Assembly (NCBI GenBank): GCA_964506935.1
Contig: CAZDOD010000001.1
Location: forward strand, 1-46,673
Direction of reading: 5' to 3'
Length of the DNA stretch: 46,673 bases
Source: an uncultured Thermodesulfobacteriota bacterium
GTDB taxonomy: Bacteria > Desulfobacterota > Zymogenia > Zymogenales > Zymogenaceae
Of the stretch, positions 9,200-18,165 are shown piece after piece. Within the stretch, counting starts at the first letter, position 1, and the number at the start of each line of letters is the position of its first letter. The notes under the pieces were generated by a model, which saw only the letters and a program-made list of their open reading frames with translations, had not been told where the DNA came from and made no database searches. The position numbers and the translations under genes are program-made.

Positions 9200-10345
9200 T
9201 CATTCCTTCCTCATAATCACCATCACCTCCATCGGGACTAGCCCAGCGCATGTCATCTCCTGATATAAATACGGGTGTGTCTCTTCGATAGCGAGTCCCG
9301 CGGCATCGGCCATCTCTTCTAACCTCTTTTCCGAGAAAAAATTGATATGGAGTAGAAACGGAAATGTGATGCCGTCCTCCTCCTCCATGACCTTCTGCCT
9401 TATGCCGTTTGCGTTGGTCGGGACGGTGAGCAGGACCCTTCCCCCCTTCCTTATCGCTCCCGCTACGTTTTTTAGGACGGCCTTGGGGTTCGTGGTGTGT
9501 TCGAGGACGTCGGTCATGATCGCCCCGTCGAAAGGCCCGAACCCTTTAGGGAGGTCGGTTAAGTCCCCCGACCTGAAGTTGATCTCGCCGCCTGTGAGTT
9601 TCGGTATCAGGCCCCTATCCAGCTTCTGGCCGAATACCCCGGATTCCCTGTCGATGAGATCCAAGAGTTTATTAAAAAAATCAACATTCGACGCCGCCGT
9701 TTCGCAGATCGCCTTCGCCCTTTTCGCCCTCAATGTGGAAAAGTCGATATATGTAACTGGCCCTCTGACCGAGACGATGAGCCCGGCAAAGCCCGAGCCT
9801 CCGCCGGCATCGAGGATGTGACCCCCCCAGCCTTTGATTTTGGGCCAGACCCTTTCGAGAAAAGACGATTCGCCGCCCGATGAAAACCCCATGAGATAGA
9901 CGATCGAATAGAGGAAAGAGAGGATGGGACCAGTGATCTCCTCTAAAAAAACATTCTTGAAGGCGTTTCTCATCTCAACCGATTCCTTCATCAGGCCTAT
10001 CAGATTTTTCGTGTCACTCGTCCCGGCCTCGTCAAAAATCCTCCTTTGGCCCTCTTCCGAGAATAGGGAAAATATCTTTTTTACTATATAGGGATAGATC
10101 AGTGAATGCCTCTCGTTGTAGGAGAGGATGAATTCTTTTTGACTCTGTATCTCGTTTAGGATTTCATAGTAGAAAAACGAGTCCTTTATCCCATTTACTT
10201 TATCGGTCGTAAGCGAAAACTCCCAAAAATCTGCGAGGGATTTCGGGTCGTCTTTGCCCTTCAGGGCGAAATTTTCCCTGATATTTTGCGGGAGGTTTTT
10301 GAAGTAGGCGAAGAGGATATCTCTTATTTCAAAGTAGTGATCCAT
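9200..10345 (-). CDS. Class I SAM-dependent methyltransferase with an N-terminal domain of about 170 aa of unknown function
   Basis: Motif I 'ILDAGGGSGFAG' and the post-I/II region 'FDGAIMTDVLEHTTNPKAVLKNVAGAIRKGGRVLLTVP' are present. Confidence 0.75.
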   Translation of the reverse strand: MDHYFEIRDILFAYFKNLPQNIRENFALKGKDDPKSLADFWEFSLTTDKVNGIKDSFFYYEILNEIQSQKEFILSYNERHSLIYPYIVKKIFSLFSEEGQRRIFDEAGTSDTKNLIGLMKESVEMRNAFKNVFLEEITGPILSFLYSIVYLMGFSSGGESSFLERVWPKIKGWGGHILDAGGGSGFAGLIVSVRGPVTYIDFSTLRAKRAKAICETAASNVDFFNKLLDLIDRESGVFGQKLDRGLIPKLTGGEINFRSGDLTDLPKGFGPFDGAIMTDVLEHTTNPKAVLKNVAGAIRKGGRVLLTVPTNANGIRQKVMEEEDGITFPFLLHINFFSEKRLEEMADAAGLAIEETHPYLYQEMTCAGLVPMEVMVIMRKE

Positions 10346-10351
10346 AAAAAA

Positions 10352-11260
10352 CTATTTCTTTAGGGATATGACGGCCTGAAAGTAAAGGGTCTCCGGGACT
10401 ATCTTTTTTAATATCCCCTTGTCGAGGCGGGTCAAGATCCGAACTAACTTATCCGAGAGGAATTTTATCGGCCGGATGTTTCTCAAGGGGTGAAAGAACC
10501 ATTTTGTGAGGTTTCCGAGAAAGCCGTAGGTCTTAACCGAGGCCACTGAGAAAGGGATGTCGCCCAGCATGGTCCTTAGCTCCTTTGGGGCGAATGTCGT
10601 GAGGTCGGGCGGGGCGTCGAGACGCTCGACAAACTCCTCCTCGACAATCCAGATCGGCTTTTTGCCCTTCAGCCTCTCCTTTATGCCGAGCGGAATCCCC
10701 CACGTCAGGCGCATGGCCTTGAAACACAGGGCGGTGCCGTATTTTGTCGGCTCAAAAACGAGCGCCCTGCCATTCGGGGCAAGTAGCCTATACACCTCCC
10801 GAAGGACATCTTGTGGATTCGGAACGTGGTGGAGGATTGCGTGGCACGTGATAAAGTCAAAGCTTCCGTCCCTGTATGGGAGCCTTGATGCATCAGACAG
10901 GGTCAGGATGACCCTCTCCGCATCACCCCCCGCATTTTTTGCGTTGTCACGGCAGACCCTAAGCATCCCTATCGATATGTCCGATCCGTGGGCGACTCCC
11001 ACTCCGTCATAGAGCGACAGGTTGACGATGGCCGCGCCGGTGCCGCAACCGATATCGAGGTATCTATTGATATCCCCCAACCCCCCTCCGAGGTAGTGAC
11101 TGTATTCTCCGACTATTTTTTCCATCTCGGCTTTGCCATATTCCTTCCCCCACTTCCAGTCATAGATCTTCGCATCGAATTCATCGTGAAAGACAATGTT
11201 CGATTCCGTGACCTCCTCGTCGGTATATTTTCTCTTTTCGGTCATATTAATCTCAAACAC
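10352..11260 (-). CDS. Class I SAM-dependent methyltransferase (Methyltransf_11-like)
   Basis: 'YLDIGCGTGAA' and 'FDFITCHAILHHVPNPQDVLREVYRLLAPNGRALVFEP' are present. Confidence 0.8.
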   Translation of the reverse strand: MFEINMTEKRKYTDEEVTESNIVFHDEFDAKIYDWKWGKEYGKAEMEKIVGEYSHYLGGGLGDINRYLDIGCGTGAAIVNLSLYDGVGVAHGSDISIGMLRVCRDNAKNAGGDAERVILTLSDASRLPYRDGSFDFITCHAILHHVPNPQDVLREVYRLLAPNGRALVFEPTKYGTALCFKAMRLTWGIPLGIKERLKGKKPIWIVEEEFVERLDAPPDLTTFAPKELRTMLGDIPFSVASVKTYGFLGNLTKWFFHPLRNIRPIKFLSDKLVRILTRLDKGILKKIVPETLYFQAVISLKK

Positions 11261-13939
11261 CTATGCATGGGCTTTTGATGTATCTTGGTTTGCCTGTTTT
11301 ACTGGGAGCTCGACGACAAATGTGACTCCGCCTTCCTTCCTGTTTATGATGTCGATATTACCCCCGTGGCTCGTTATGATCTTGTGGGTTATGGTGAGCC
11401 CCAATCCCGTTCCCGCCTTCTTGGTGGTGAAAAATGGCCTGAAGATATTTCCGATGAGTTCGAGAGGGATTCCCGCCCCCGTATCGCTCACCTCGACCCT
11501 GACAAAAGAAACACCGAGGATATCAAAAAGGGAGGTCGTGATCTTTAATGTGCCGCCGCCTTCCATCGCCTGAAGGGCGTTTAGAAAGAGGTTCAAAAAA
11601 ACCTGTTGTAGTTGAGCGGGATCCGCCTCTATGTTCGGCAAAAGATCATCGAGCTCAGTATCAAGCCTGATTCTGTTCGCCACAAGATCATCCCTCACGA
11701 GGTTTAAGGTGTCCCTGATGACTCTGTTCAGATCCACCTCGGTGATGCTCGGCGGTATATCCTTGGGGAGGGAGAGGATATTCGACAGCGTGTTTTCGAG
11801 TTTTTGGACCTCTTTTGTGACGATGTCGCTGTACATTTTGATTTTTGCGTCTTTGGGTGTCAGGTTGGATATCTTACGCGCAAAGCCCCCGATCGATACA
11901 AGTGGGTTTCTTATCTCGTGGGCGACTTCGGCCGCCATTTCTCCAAGGCCCACAAGCTTGGCCTGTTGGAGGAGTTTGATCTGGGCCGCCCTGAGCTCCC
12001 TGTTTATCCTCTCCTGATTGGTATAGAGGATCGAGTTCTGGATGGCGAGGCCGGCCTGATTAGCGAAGGCCGACAGCAAGGCGATGTCATCCTCCATAAT
12101 CGGTTTTTTATTGAAGATATTGTCCACCAGGATGGCACCAAGAGGTCTCCCCATGACGACTATGGGGACTACGGCGAAGACCTCCTCACCCATAAGGAGC
12201 CTCAGCATACGCTTGTCGACGTTGGGATTGGCCCTCGCGTCAGTTACGATTATCGGCCTGTTTTCCATAATCGACCTGATGACCACATCATCTCGCCTGC
12301 TCAGTGGAATCTTTATCTTCCTCACGGCCCTGATCTGAATGGCTTCGTATGACGCCTGTTCATCAAAATCCCTGTCTACAAGATCGAAAAGGCTCAGCTC
12401 CTGTCGGTCGAGCTCACTCCATATCTTCCCCGCCTCATCGGCGTTCAGCGGGCCGACCCCCATCCTCCCGACTATTGCATTTTCCTCCTCATCGACAAGG
12501 AAGAGGGCCGCGCGGTTGAAGCCGAAGCTCTCTCCCATCGTGACGGCGGTCAGGACGATATATAGAAGTTTGTCGAGCTTTATTGTGGTAAGGAGTGCGC
12601 GGGAGATATCGGATAAAACGGTCAATTCCTGCACCTTTATATCCTTCTCCTTTGCGAGGGTCTCGGCCCTCTCAAGTGTAATGGCGTGCTCAAGAGCCAT
12701 TCCGATAAGGCTGCCTATCGATGTGAGTAGATTTATATCCTGGGACGATGATGCACTCAGATTGTAACCGCCCACCGACATCGTTCCGAGTGTGAGCGAT
12801 TTTGATCTTAAGGGGACTATGATTGTCTGGGCGAGTCCGTCTTTCATGATCAGGATGTTCTTGTAGTCGTCACCATCATCCCTCCTGACAAGGTGGGGGA
12901 CTCCTGTTTTTAGGACTTTGCCGGAAACACTCCCCTCCAAAGGGAGGCGGTTGTATTGATTCTGGTAGTCCTCGGTGGTGCCGATCGTGGCCTTGAGTAC
13001 GAGATCTTGGGACTTCTCATCAAAGATCCTGATCACCCCGACGTCCATCCCCGTTACCTCGAGCACTTTTCTTAGGCTGATATTTAATAGTTCATCGATC
13101 TCGATCGATTCCGACAGAGTCTTTGAAACGGCATAGAGGGCCAAGAGCTCGCGGTTTATATGCAGGAGTTCTGCGTGCATCTCTACCTCATCGGAGATGT
13201 CTCGTGTAGTCCAAACGATGGAGACCGGTTTTTCCGCCTCGTCGGTCATAATCGATGTCTTTGTCATCGCCCCGAACTCGCCCCCGCCTTTTCTCATGCC
13301 CGTGATCTGTCCTTCCCACCAACCACTCGTCTTCGTGATCTCGATAGTCTCCTTTGAGAGCCTCCCGGATTCTTTCGTGGCAAATAGAATCGAGATCCTA
13401 TTCCCCAAGAGATCTCCCTTGGTATAGCCGAATATTTTTCCCGCGGTTGGATTGGCGTATATGATCTTCCCGTCTGTGTCTGTGACGACGATTCCCTCCC
13501 TTATGTCGTCAAAGACCCACTCCGGAGTTTTTCTCATTTTTGTTTTGGCCGATTTCTCGGTTCTATAGGTGAAATTGGAAAAATCGGAGATATCCCTAAA
13601 CATGAAGAGGCATCCAGTGGGACTGTCTTTTTTCCCCAATATCGGCGAGTAGGAGAGCAGTATCTTTATCTCCCTTCCAAATTTCGCTTGGATTTTTGTT
13701 TCAAAGAAGGAGGATTTGTTATGACCTATATCTTTGAGAGTTCTTTTTAAGCCGACGTTTCCCGTGTCCGTAAAGAATCTGGAGAGGGGGAGTCCAAGGG
13801 CCTCGCTTGATGAGTATCCCAGGGCCCTCTCCGAAGCGAGATTGATATAGAGGACAAAGCCCTCCAGGTCCGCTATTATTACGGGCTCCGGAAACGAATA
13901 AAAGACGTTTTTTATTTCGGAAGGCAAAAAATGAGACAT
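11261..13939 (-). CDS. Soluble multi-sensor histidine kinase (PAS-PAS-GAF-GAF-HisKA-HATPase)
   Basis: H-box 'VAHEIRNPLVSIGGF' and the G-boxes 'DTGAGIP' and 'GTGLGLTITHKII' are present. The N-terminal segments are PAS-like ('IIADLEGFVLYINLASERALGY', 'IVVTDTDGKIIYANPTAGKIFGY'). No hydrophobic helix is present. Confidence 0.9.
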   Translation of the reverse strand: MSHFLPSEIKNVFYSFPEPVIIADLEGFVLYINLASERALGYSSSEALGLPLSRFFTDTGNVGLKRTLKDIGHNKSSFFETKIQAKFGREIKILLSYSPILGKKDSPTGCLFMFRDISDFSNFTYRTEKSAKTKMRKTPEWVFDDIREGIVVTDTDGKIIYANPTAGKIFGYTKGDLLGNRISILFATKESGRLSKETIEITKTSGWWEGQITGMRKGGGEFGAMTKTSIMTDEAEKPVSIVWTTRDISDEVEMHAELLHINRELLALYAVSKTLSESIEIDELLNISLRKVLEVTGMDVGVIRIFDEKSQDLVLKATIGTTEDYQNQYNRLPLEGSVSGKVLKTGVPHLVRRDDGDDYKNILIMKDGLAQTIIVPLRSKSLTLGTMSVGGYNLSASSSQDINLLTSIGSLIGMALEHAITLERAETLAKEKDIKVQELTVLSDISRALLTTIKLDKLLYIVLTAVTMGESFGFNRAALFLVDEEENAIVGRMGVGPLNADEAGKIWSELDRQELSLFDLVDRDFDEQASYEAIQIRAVRKIKIPLSRRDDVVIRSIMENRPIIVTDARANPNVDKRMLRLLMGEEVFAVVPIVVMGRPLGAILVDNIFNKKPIMEDDIALLSAFANQAGLAIQNSILYTNQERINRELRAAQIKLLQQAKLVGLGEMAAEVAHEIRNPLVSIGGFARKISNLTPKDAKIKMYSDIVTKEVQKLENTLSNILSLPKDIPPSITEVDLNRVIRDTLNLVRDDLVANRIRLDTELDDLLPNIEADPAQLQQVFLNLFLNALQAMEGGGTLKITTSLFDILGVSFVRVEVSDTGAGIPLELIGNIFRPFFTTKKAGTGLGLTITHKIITSHGGNIDIINRKEGGVTFVVELPVKQANQDTSKAHA

Positions 13940-13954
13940 CTTTGAGGTCTTCTA

Positions 13955-15406
13955 TTAAAGCTTTTTCTTTAGGGCATCGGCGTATAGCTTCTCATATTTT
14001 TTGGCCGAGGCCTTCCATGAAAAATCCCGGGCCATGGCGTTTTTCATCATCTTTTCCCAGTGCTCTTTCTTTTTATATAAGGATACGGCCTTTTTTACGG
14101 CAGATGAGAGTGCCTTGGGAGTATATGGCCCGAATTTTACACCCGTGCCCGTCCCCTCATTTTCCGAGTAGTCCGTCACGGTGTCATCGAGCCCCCCCGT
14201 CGCCCTCACGACCGGTATGGTGCCGTATCGCATGCTCATCATCTGGTTGAGGCCACAGGGTTCGTAGCGGGAGGGCATGAGAAACATATCCGACCCCGCC
14301 TCGATTAGGTGGGCGATTTTCGGATCGAAGGTGAGTTTTATCCCGAGCTTTGTCGGATACTCCTTGCTGAGTTTTGTCAAAAGGTTGTGATAGCGCCGCT
14401 CTCCAGTCCCCAGAATGACCATCATGAGATCCATAGACATAATCTCACTTGCGGCCTCGGCCAAAATGTCGAAACCCTTCTGATCGGCGAGGCGTGATAT
14501 TATACCTATGAGGGGGACGTCGAGTTTTTCGGGGAGGTAAAAATCACCTAGGATTGCTCTCTTGTTCTCTATCTTTCCCAAAAGGTTGTCGGAACCGTAG
14601 TTCTTTACGATGAAGGTGTCGGTCTTGGGATTCCACTCGTCGGTATCGATGCCGTTTAGGATTCCATATAGGTCTTTTTTTCTCGCCCTCAAAACGCCAT
14701 CTAAGCCGAAGCCGTGTTCGGGCATTTGGATTTCCTTGGCATACTTTTCGCTGACGGTGTTGATGACATCGGCATAGACCATCCCGGCCTTCAAGAAATT
14801 TATCTTTCCGTAAAACTCTATCCCCTCGGGGGTGAAGTATTCCCACCCCACGCCGACGAGGGGCATATCGAGGTGCCAGAAAAGGCCCTGATAACCTATA
14901 TTGTGGACGGTCAGGACTGATGACGTTTCAGAAAACAGGGGATCATCTTTGTATGTTGATTTTAGATATAGGGGAATCAGTGCCGTCTGCCAGTCGTGGA
15001 CGTGTATGATGTCGGGCTTAAAATCCAGGAGCTTTAGCGCCGAAAGGACGCCCTTCGAGAAGAAGATGAACCTCGAGGCGTTGTCGGGAAAATCGCCGTC
15101 TTTGTTGCCGTAGAGATCGTCTCTGTTGTAGTACCCGTCGTTTTCAATAAATAGGGTCTTTATTTCGTTGTCGGTGTGGATAGACACACCTCCATCGACG
15201 GTCCCGTCAGCCATCGGTATTGAGATCTTCCCATCCAACCTTTCTGCCCTGATGTTTTTTTGTCCCACTATCTTGTATTTTGGGATGATGAGCCTCACGT
15301 CGTGGCCGAGGGCCGAGAGCTCCCTCGGAAGCGTGCCGGCGACGTCGGCCAGCCCCCCGGTCTTGGCGAATGGAACCGCCTCCGATGCTGCTATGACTAT
15401 CTTCAA
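13955..15406 (-). CDS. glgA: Glycogen/starch synthase (GT5)
   Basis: 'MKIVIAASEAVPFAKTGGLADVAG', 'DIIHVHDWQTAL' and 'PSRYEPCGLNQM...VRATGGLDDTV' are present. Confidence 0.95.
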   Translation of the reverse strand: MKIVIAASEAVPFAKTGGLADVAGTLPRELSALGHDVRLIIPKYKIVGQKNIRAERLDGKISIPMADGTVDGGVSIHTDNEIKTLFIENDGYYNRDDLYGNKDGDFPDNASRFIFFSKGVLSALKLLDFKPDIIHVHDWQTALIPLYLKSTYKDDPLFSETSSVLTVHNIGYQGLFWHLDMPLVGVGWEYFTPEGIEFYGKINFLKAGMVYADVINTVSEKYAKEIQMPEHGFGLDGVLRARKKDLYGILNGIDTDEWNPKTDTFIVKNYGSDNLLGKIENKRAILGDFYLPEKLDVPLIGIISRLADQKGFDILAEAASEIMSMDLMMVILGTGERRYHNLLTKLSKEYPTKLGIKLTFDPKIAHLIEAGSDMFLMPSRYEPCGLNQMMSMRYGTIPVVRATGGLDDTVTDYSENEGTGTGVKFGPYTPKALSSAVKKAVSLYKKKEHWEKMMKNAMARDFSWKASAKKYEKLYADALKKKL

Positions 15407-16413
15407 ATCTCTATCTCCCTCAAAAAGCGGGCGGCATCCTCAGGCGGCGTCGGATTTATGTAAAACCCGGAACCCCACTCGAATCCCGCCACCCTCGTCA
15501 ATCTCGGCATTAACTCGATGTGCCAGTGGTATAGGTGACTGACGTCTCCGAGGTGGGGATCGTTAAAGGGTGTTGTGTGGATCATGTAATTATATGGTGG
15601 ATTTCTCAGCGCCTTGTTGAGCCTCCTGATGACGTCTGCGAGTATCTCGGCCAAAGACTCATAGACCTCCCTCTTCCCCTCTTCAAAGTGGGGCATGTGT
15701 TCTTTTGGGATGATCCATGTCTCGAACGGGAAGCGGGGCGCATAGGGTGCGACGGCAATGAAGATTGGATTTTCCTTGACAAGCCGCTCCCTGTGGGAGA
15801 GCTCATGGTCTACGATATCGCAGAATATACATCGCTCCTTGTATGAGTAAAAACGCCTTGCCCCCTCGATCTCCCCGTTTACGGTCCTCGGCACCTCCGG
15901 CAGGGCAATGAGCTGGCTGTGTGAGTGTTCGAGGGAGGCACCCGCGATGCGCCCCTGGTTCTTGAAGACGAGGACAAATCGAAAGCGGATGTCCTTTTTC
16001 AAGTCCGCAATCCTATCGCGGTAGGCAACCATAACGTCGGTGATTCTGTCGGGGGACATATCTTCCAGGTTTTGGTTGTGGTCCGGGGTTTCGATTATGA
16101 CCTCGTGTGCCCCGACGCCGTTCATCATGTCGTAGATTCCCTCACCCCGCCTGTCCAAGTCTCCCTCCACCATGAGGGCGGGAAATTTGTTCGAGACGAC
16201 ACGCAGCGTCCATCCGGGGGTGTTGGGGGCGGTTCCGGGCTCGCGAAGGGCCATTATCTCCGGAGGGGTTTTGTCCTCATTTCCGGGATCGAATGGGCAA
16301 AAGCCACCCTTCCTCTCCTCAACCCTGTCCTCAAATGCCATCGGCCTCTTTCCCCTTTCAGTCGATATTATAACCCAGCGCTCGATGATGGGATCCTTTC
16401 TCAGTTCAGGCAA
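15403..16413 (-). CDS. galT: Galactose-1-phosphate uridylyltransferase-family (HIT-like) nucleotidyltransferase
   Basis: 'LRKDPIIERWVIISTERGKRP', 'VVSNKFPAL' and the active site 'HSHSQLIA' (HxHxQ) are present. There is a 4-nt overlap with the glgA start. Confidence 0.8.
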   Translation of the reverse strand: MPELRKDPIIERWVIISTERGKRPMAFEDRVEERKGGFCPFDPGNEDKTPPEIMALREPGTAPNTPGWTLRVVSNKFPALMVEGDLDRRGEGIYDMMNGVGAHEVIIETPDHNQNLEDMSPDRITDVMVAYRDRIADLKKDIRFRFVLVFKNQGRIAGASLEHSHSQLIALPEVPRTVNGEIEGARRFYSYKERCIFCDIVDHELSHRERLVKENPIFIAVAPYAPRFPFETWIIPKEHMPHFEEGKREVYESLAEILADVIRRLNKALRNPPYNYMIHTTPFNDPHLGDVSHLYHWHIELMPRLTRVAGFEWGSGFYINPTPPEDAARFLREIEI

Positions 16414-16431
16414 AAGATATCCTCCTTTTTC

Positions 16432-18165
16432 TTATGATCTCCATAGAGAAATGTCTATATCGGGAAATATATTGTCCCTGTCTTCGGTATCGGCCAAAAA
16501 CTCCCACTCTCCGGGGTCGGGTTCTTTGCCGTCAGAGATCGTCTCCGCAATCTTCAACAACCTCGAAAAGTCAGCGAAATGTTCCGAAAACCTCGTCTCG
16601 GCATAGTCACGGGCGCTCCATGTGGAGATGAGAAACTGCCAATCGGAGCTCTCCATGAGGAGGAGTTCCCGCCCCATCTGTGCCGCGACCCTGGTCAGCC
16701 TCGGATCGGATTTTTCGGGTTTTGAATTTGCGATCTTTACCATCTTCCCTTCAGCCTCATAGATATGCTTCCATGTCCATGTGGTCCAGTCGTTGAACCA
16801 GATCCAGTGAAAACCTCCCTCGCCCCACGAACCCTCGGGCAAGGTGACGACCTTCTTGGAGGGGTATTTATTATAGTATTCCGAGAGTGTCATAAGCTCT
16901 ATCTCTTTATCTCTTGACAGCTCTTTTATGACGTTGTAAATGAAGCTCGGCCCCTCAAACCACCAGTGCCCGAATAGCTCGGTGTCATAGGGGGCGGTGA
17001 CTATTCCGGGGCGGCCGTATTCCTTTTGGAATTCAGAGAGGGTGCTTTTCACGAGCGATGCGAAGTGGGAGGCGTTCTCCCATAATCTACCCTTGACCTC
17101 TTCGGGATTATAGACGGCCTTTTCGCCGAGGTCGACCTTGGGGCCCGTGACCTTCCAGTATCGGTTTCCGCTGGGGAAGTGTTTCTTATGGAAGTCGAGG
17201 TAGTTTCCGTCCCCCGGGTATCCGTGCTCGCCGCTCCACACCACAATGGCGGTCTTTGGGTCCCTCGTGAAGATCGACGCACCCTTTAGCTTACTCTTGC
17301 CGCCGGCCGACGATACGAGATACGGCTCGTAGGGTGGTCGTGCCTCGTCGACCACGGTCTCAGGAAACTCCGACACGAAACGCTCCCATATCTCCCTGAG
17401 ATCCCCGAAGCGGTCGAGATAGGCCCCTATCGCTCGTCCCCCCTCGAGGAGGTGGGAATCGATGATGAAATAGTCAATCCCTTCATCGTAGAGGAATTCT
17501 TCGATCCCCTTTCTCATATATCCCTTTCCTGCGCCCTCAACCGGAAATTCCCAGAAGTAGGAGGGCCTGTATGCACATTCGGGGAGCCAGATCCCGCGCG
17601 GGGGGGTGCCGAAGTGCCTCTTATAGGTCTCCACCCCCAGCTTCACCTGCGCCCGCACCGCCTCGTCGTATCCCAGAAGCGGGAGGTAGCCGTGGGTCGC
17701 CGCACACGTGATTACCTCGATCGCCCCGTCGTCCTGGAGACGACGAAACGCCCCGATGACATCGGAGTTGTAGCGGGAGGTGAAGCTATCAAGGATCTCC
17801 GAGTAAAACGCCTCCCACATCTCCGCTAGTCCCTTCATATGAGTTTCGCCCCTTCTCGAAAAATCTTTTATGTCGTCTTTCGAGGCGTCTATCTTCTGTG
17901 TCAGATATGAGGTGAATCCACCTTTAAAGATCGGGGACGATAGCTGTTCGGCTAGTATCGGCGTTATACCTATCGTCACTTTCGGGGTGATCCCCTCCGA
18001 TTCGAGTTGGTTCAGGATATTCAAAAGCGGGACATATGTCTCGGCCGAGGCCTCGAAGAGCCAGTCGGTGCCGTGGGGCCATCTGCCGTGGTACAGGACG
18101 TATGGGAGATGGGAATGCAGGACGAAAGTAAAGGCCCCCTTCTTTTTTATTTTCTCATCCTTCAT
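16432..18165 (-). CDS. GH57 1,4-alpha-glucan branching enzyme
   Basis: 'FTFVLHSHLPYVLYHGRWPHGTDWLFEA', 'GIWLPECAY' and 'YDTELFGHWWFEGP' match the GH57 branching-enzyme (TK1436/TTHA1902-type) pattern. Confidence 0.85.
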   Translation of the reverse strand: MKDEKIKKKGAFTFVLHSHLPYVLYHGRWPHGTDWLFEASAETYVPLLNILNQLESEGITPKVTIGITPILAEQLSSPIFKGGFTSYLTQKIDASKDDIKDFSRRGETHMKGLAEMWEAFYSEILDSFTSRYNSDVIGAFRRLQDDGAIEVITCAATHGYLPLLGYDEAVRAQVKLGVETYKRHFGTPPRGIWLPECAYRPSYFWEFPVEGAGKGYMRKGIEEFLYDEGIDYFIIDSHLLEGGRAIGAYLDRFGDLREIWERFVSEFPETVVDEARPPYEPYLVSSAGGKSKLKGASIFTRDPKTAIVVWSGEHGYPGDGNYLDFHKKHFPSGNRYWKVTGPKVDLGEKAVYNPEEVKGRLWENASHFASLVKSTLSEFQKEYGRPGIVTAPYDTELFGHWWFEGPSFIYNVIKELSRDKEIELMTLSEYYNKYPSKKVVTLPEGSWGEGGFHWIWFNDWTTWTWKHIYEAEGKMVKIANSKPEKSDPRLTRVAAQMGRELLLMESSDWQFLISTWSARDYAETRFSEHFADFSRLLKIAETISDGKEPDPGEWEFLADTEDRDNIFPDIDISLWRS

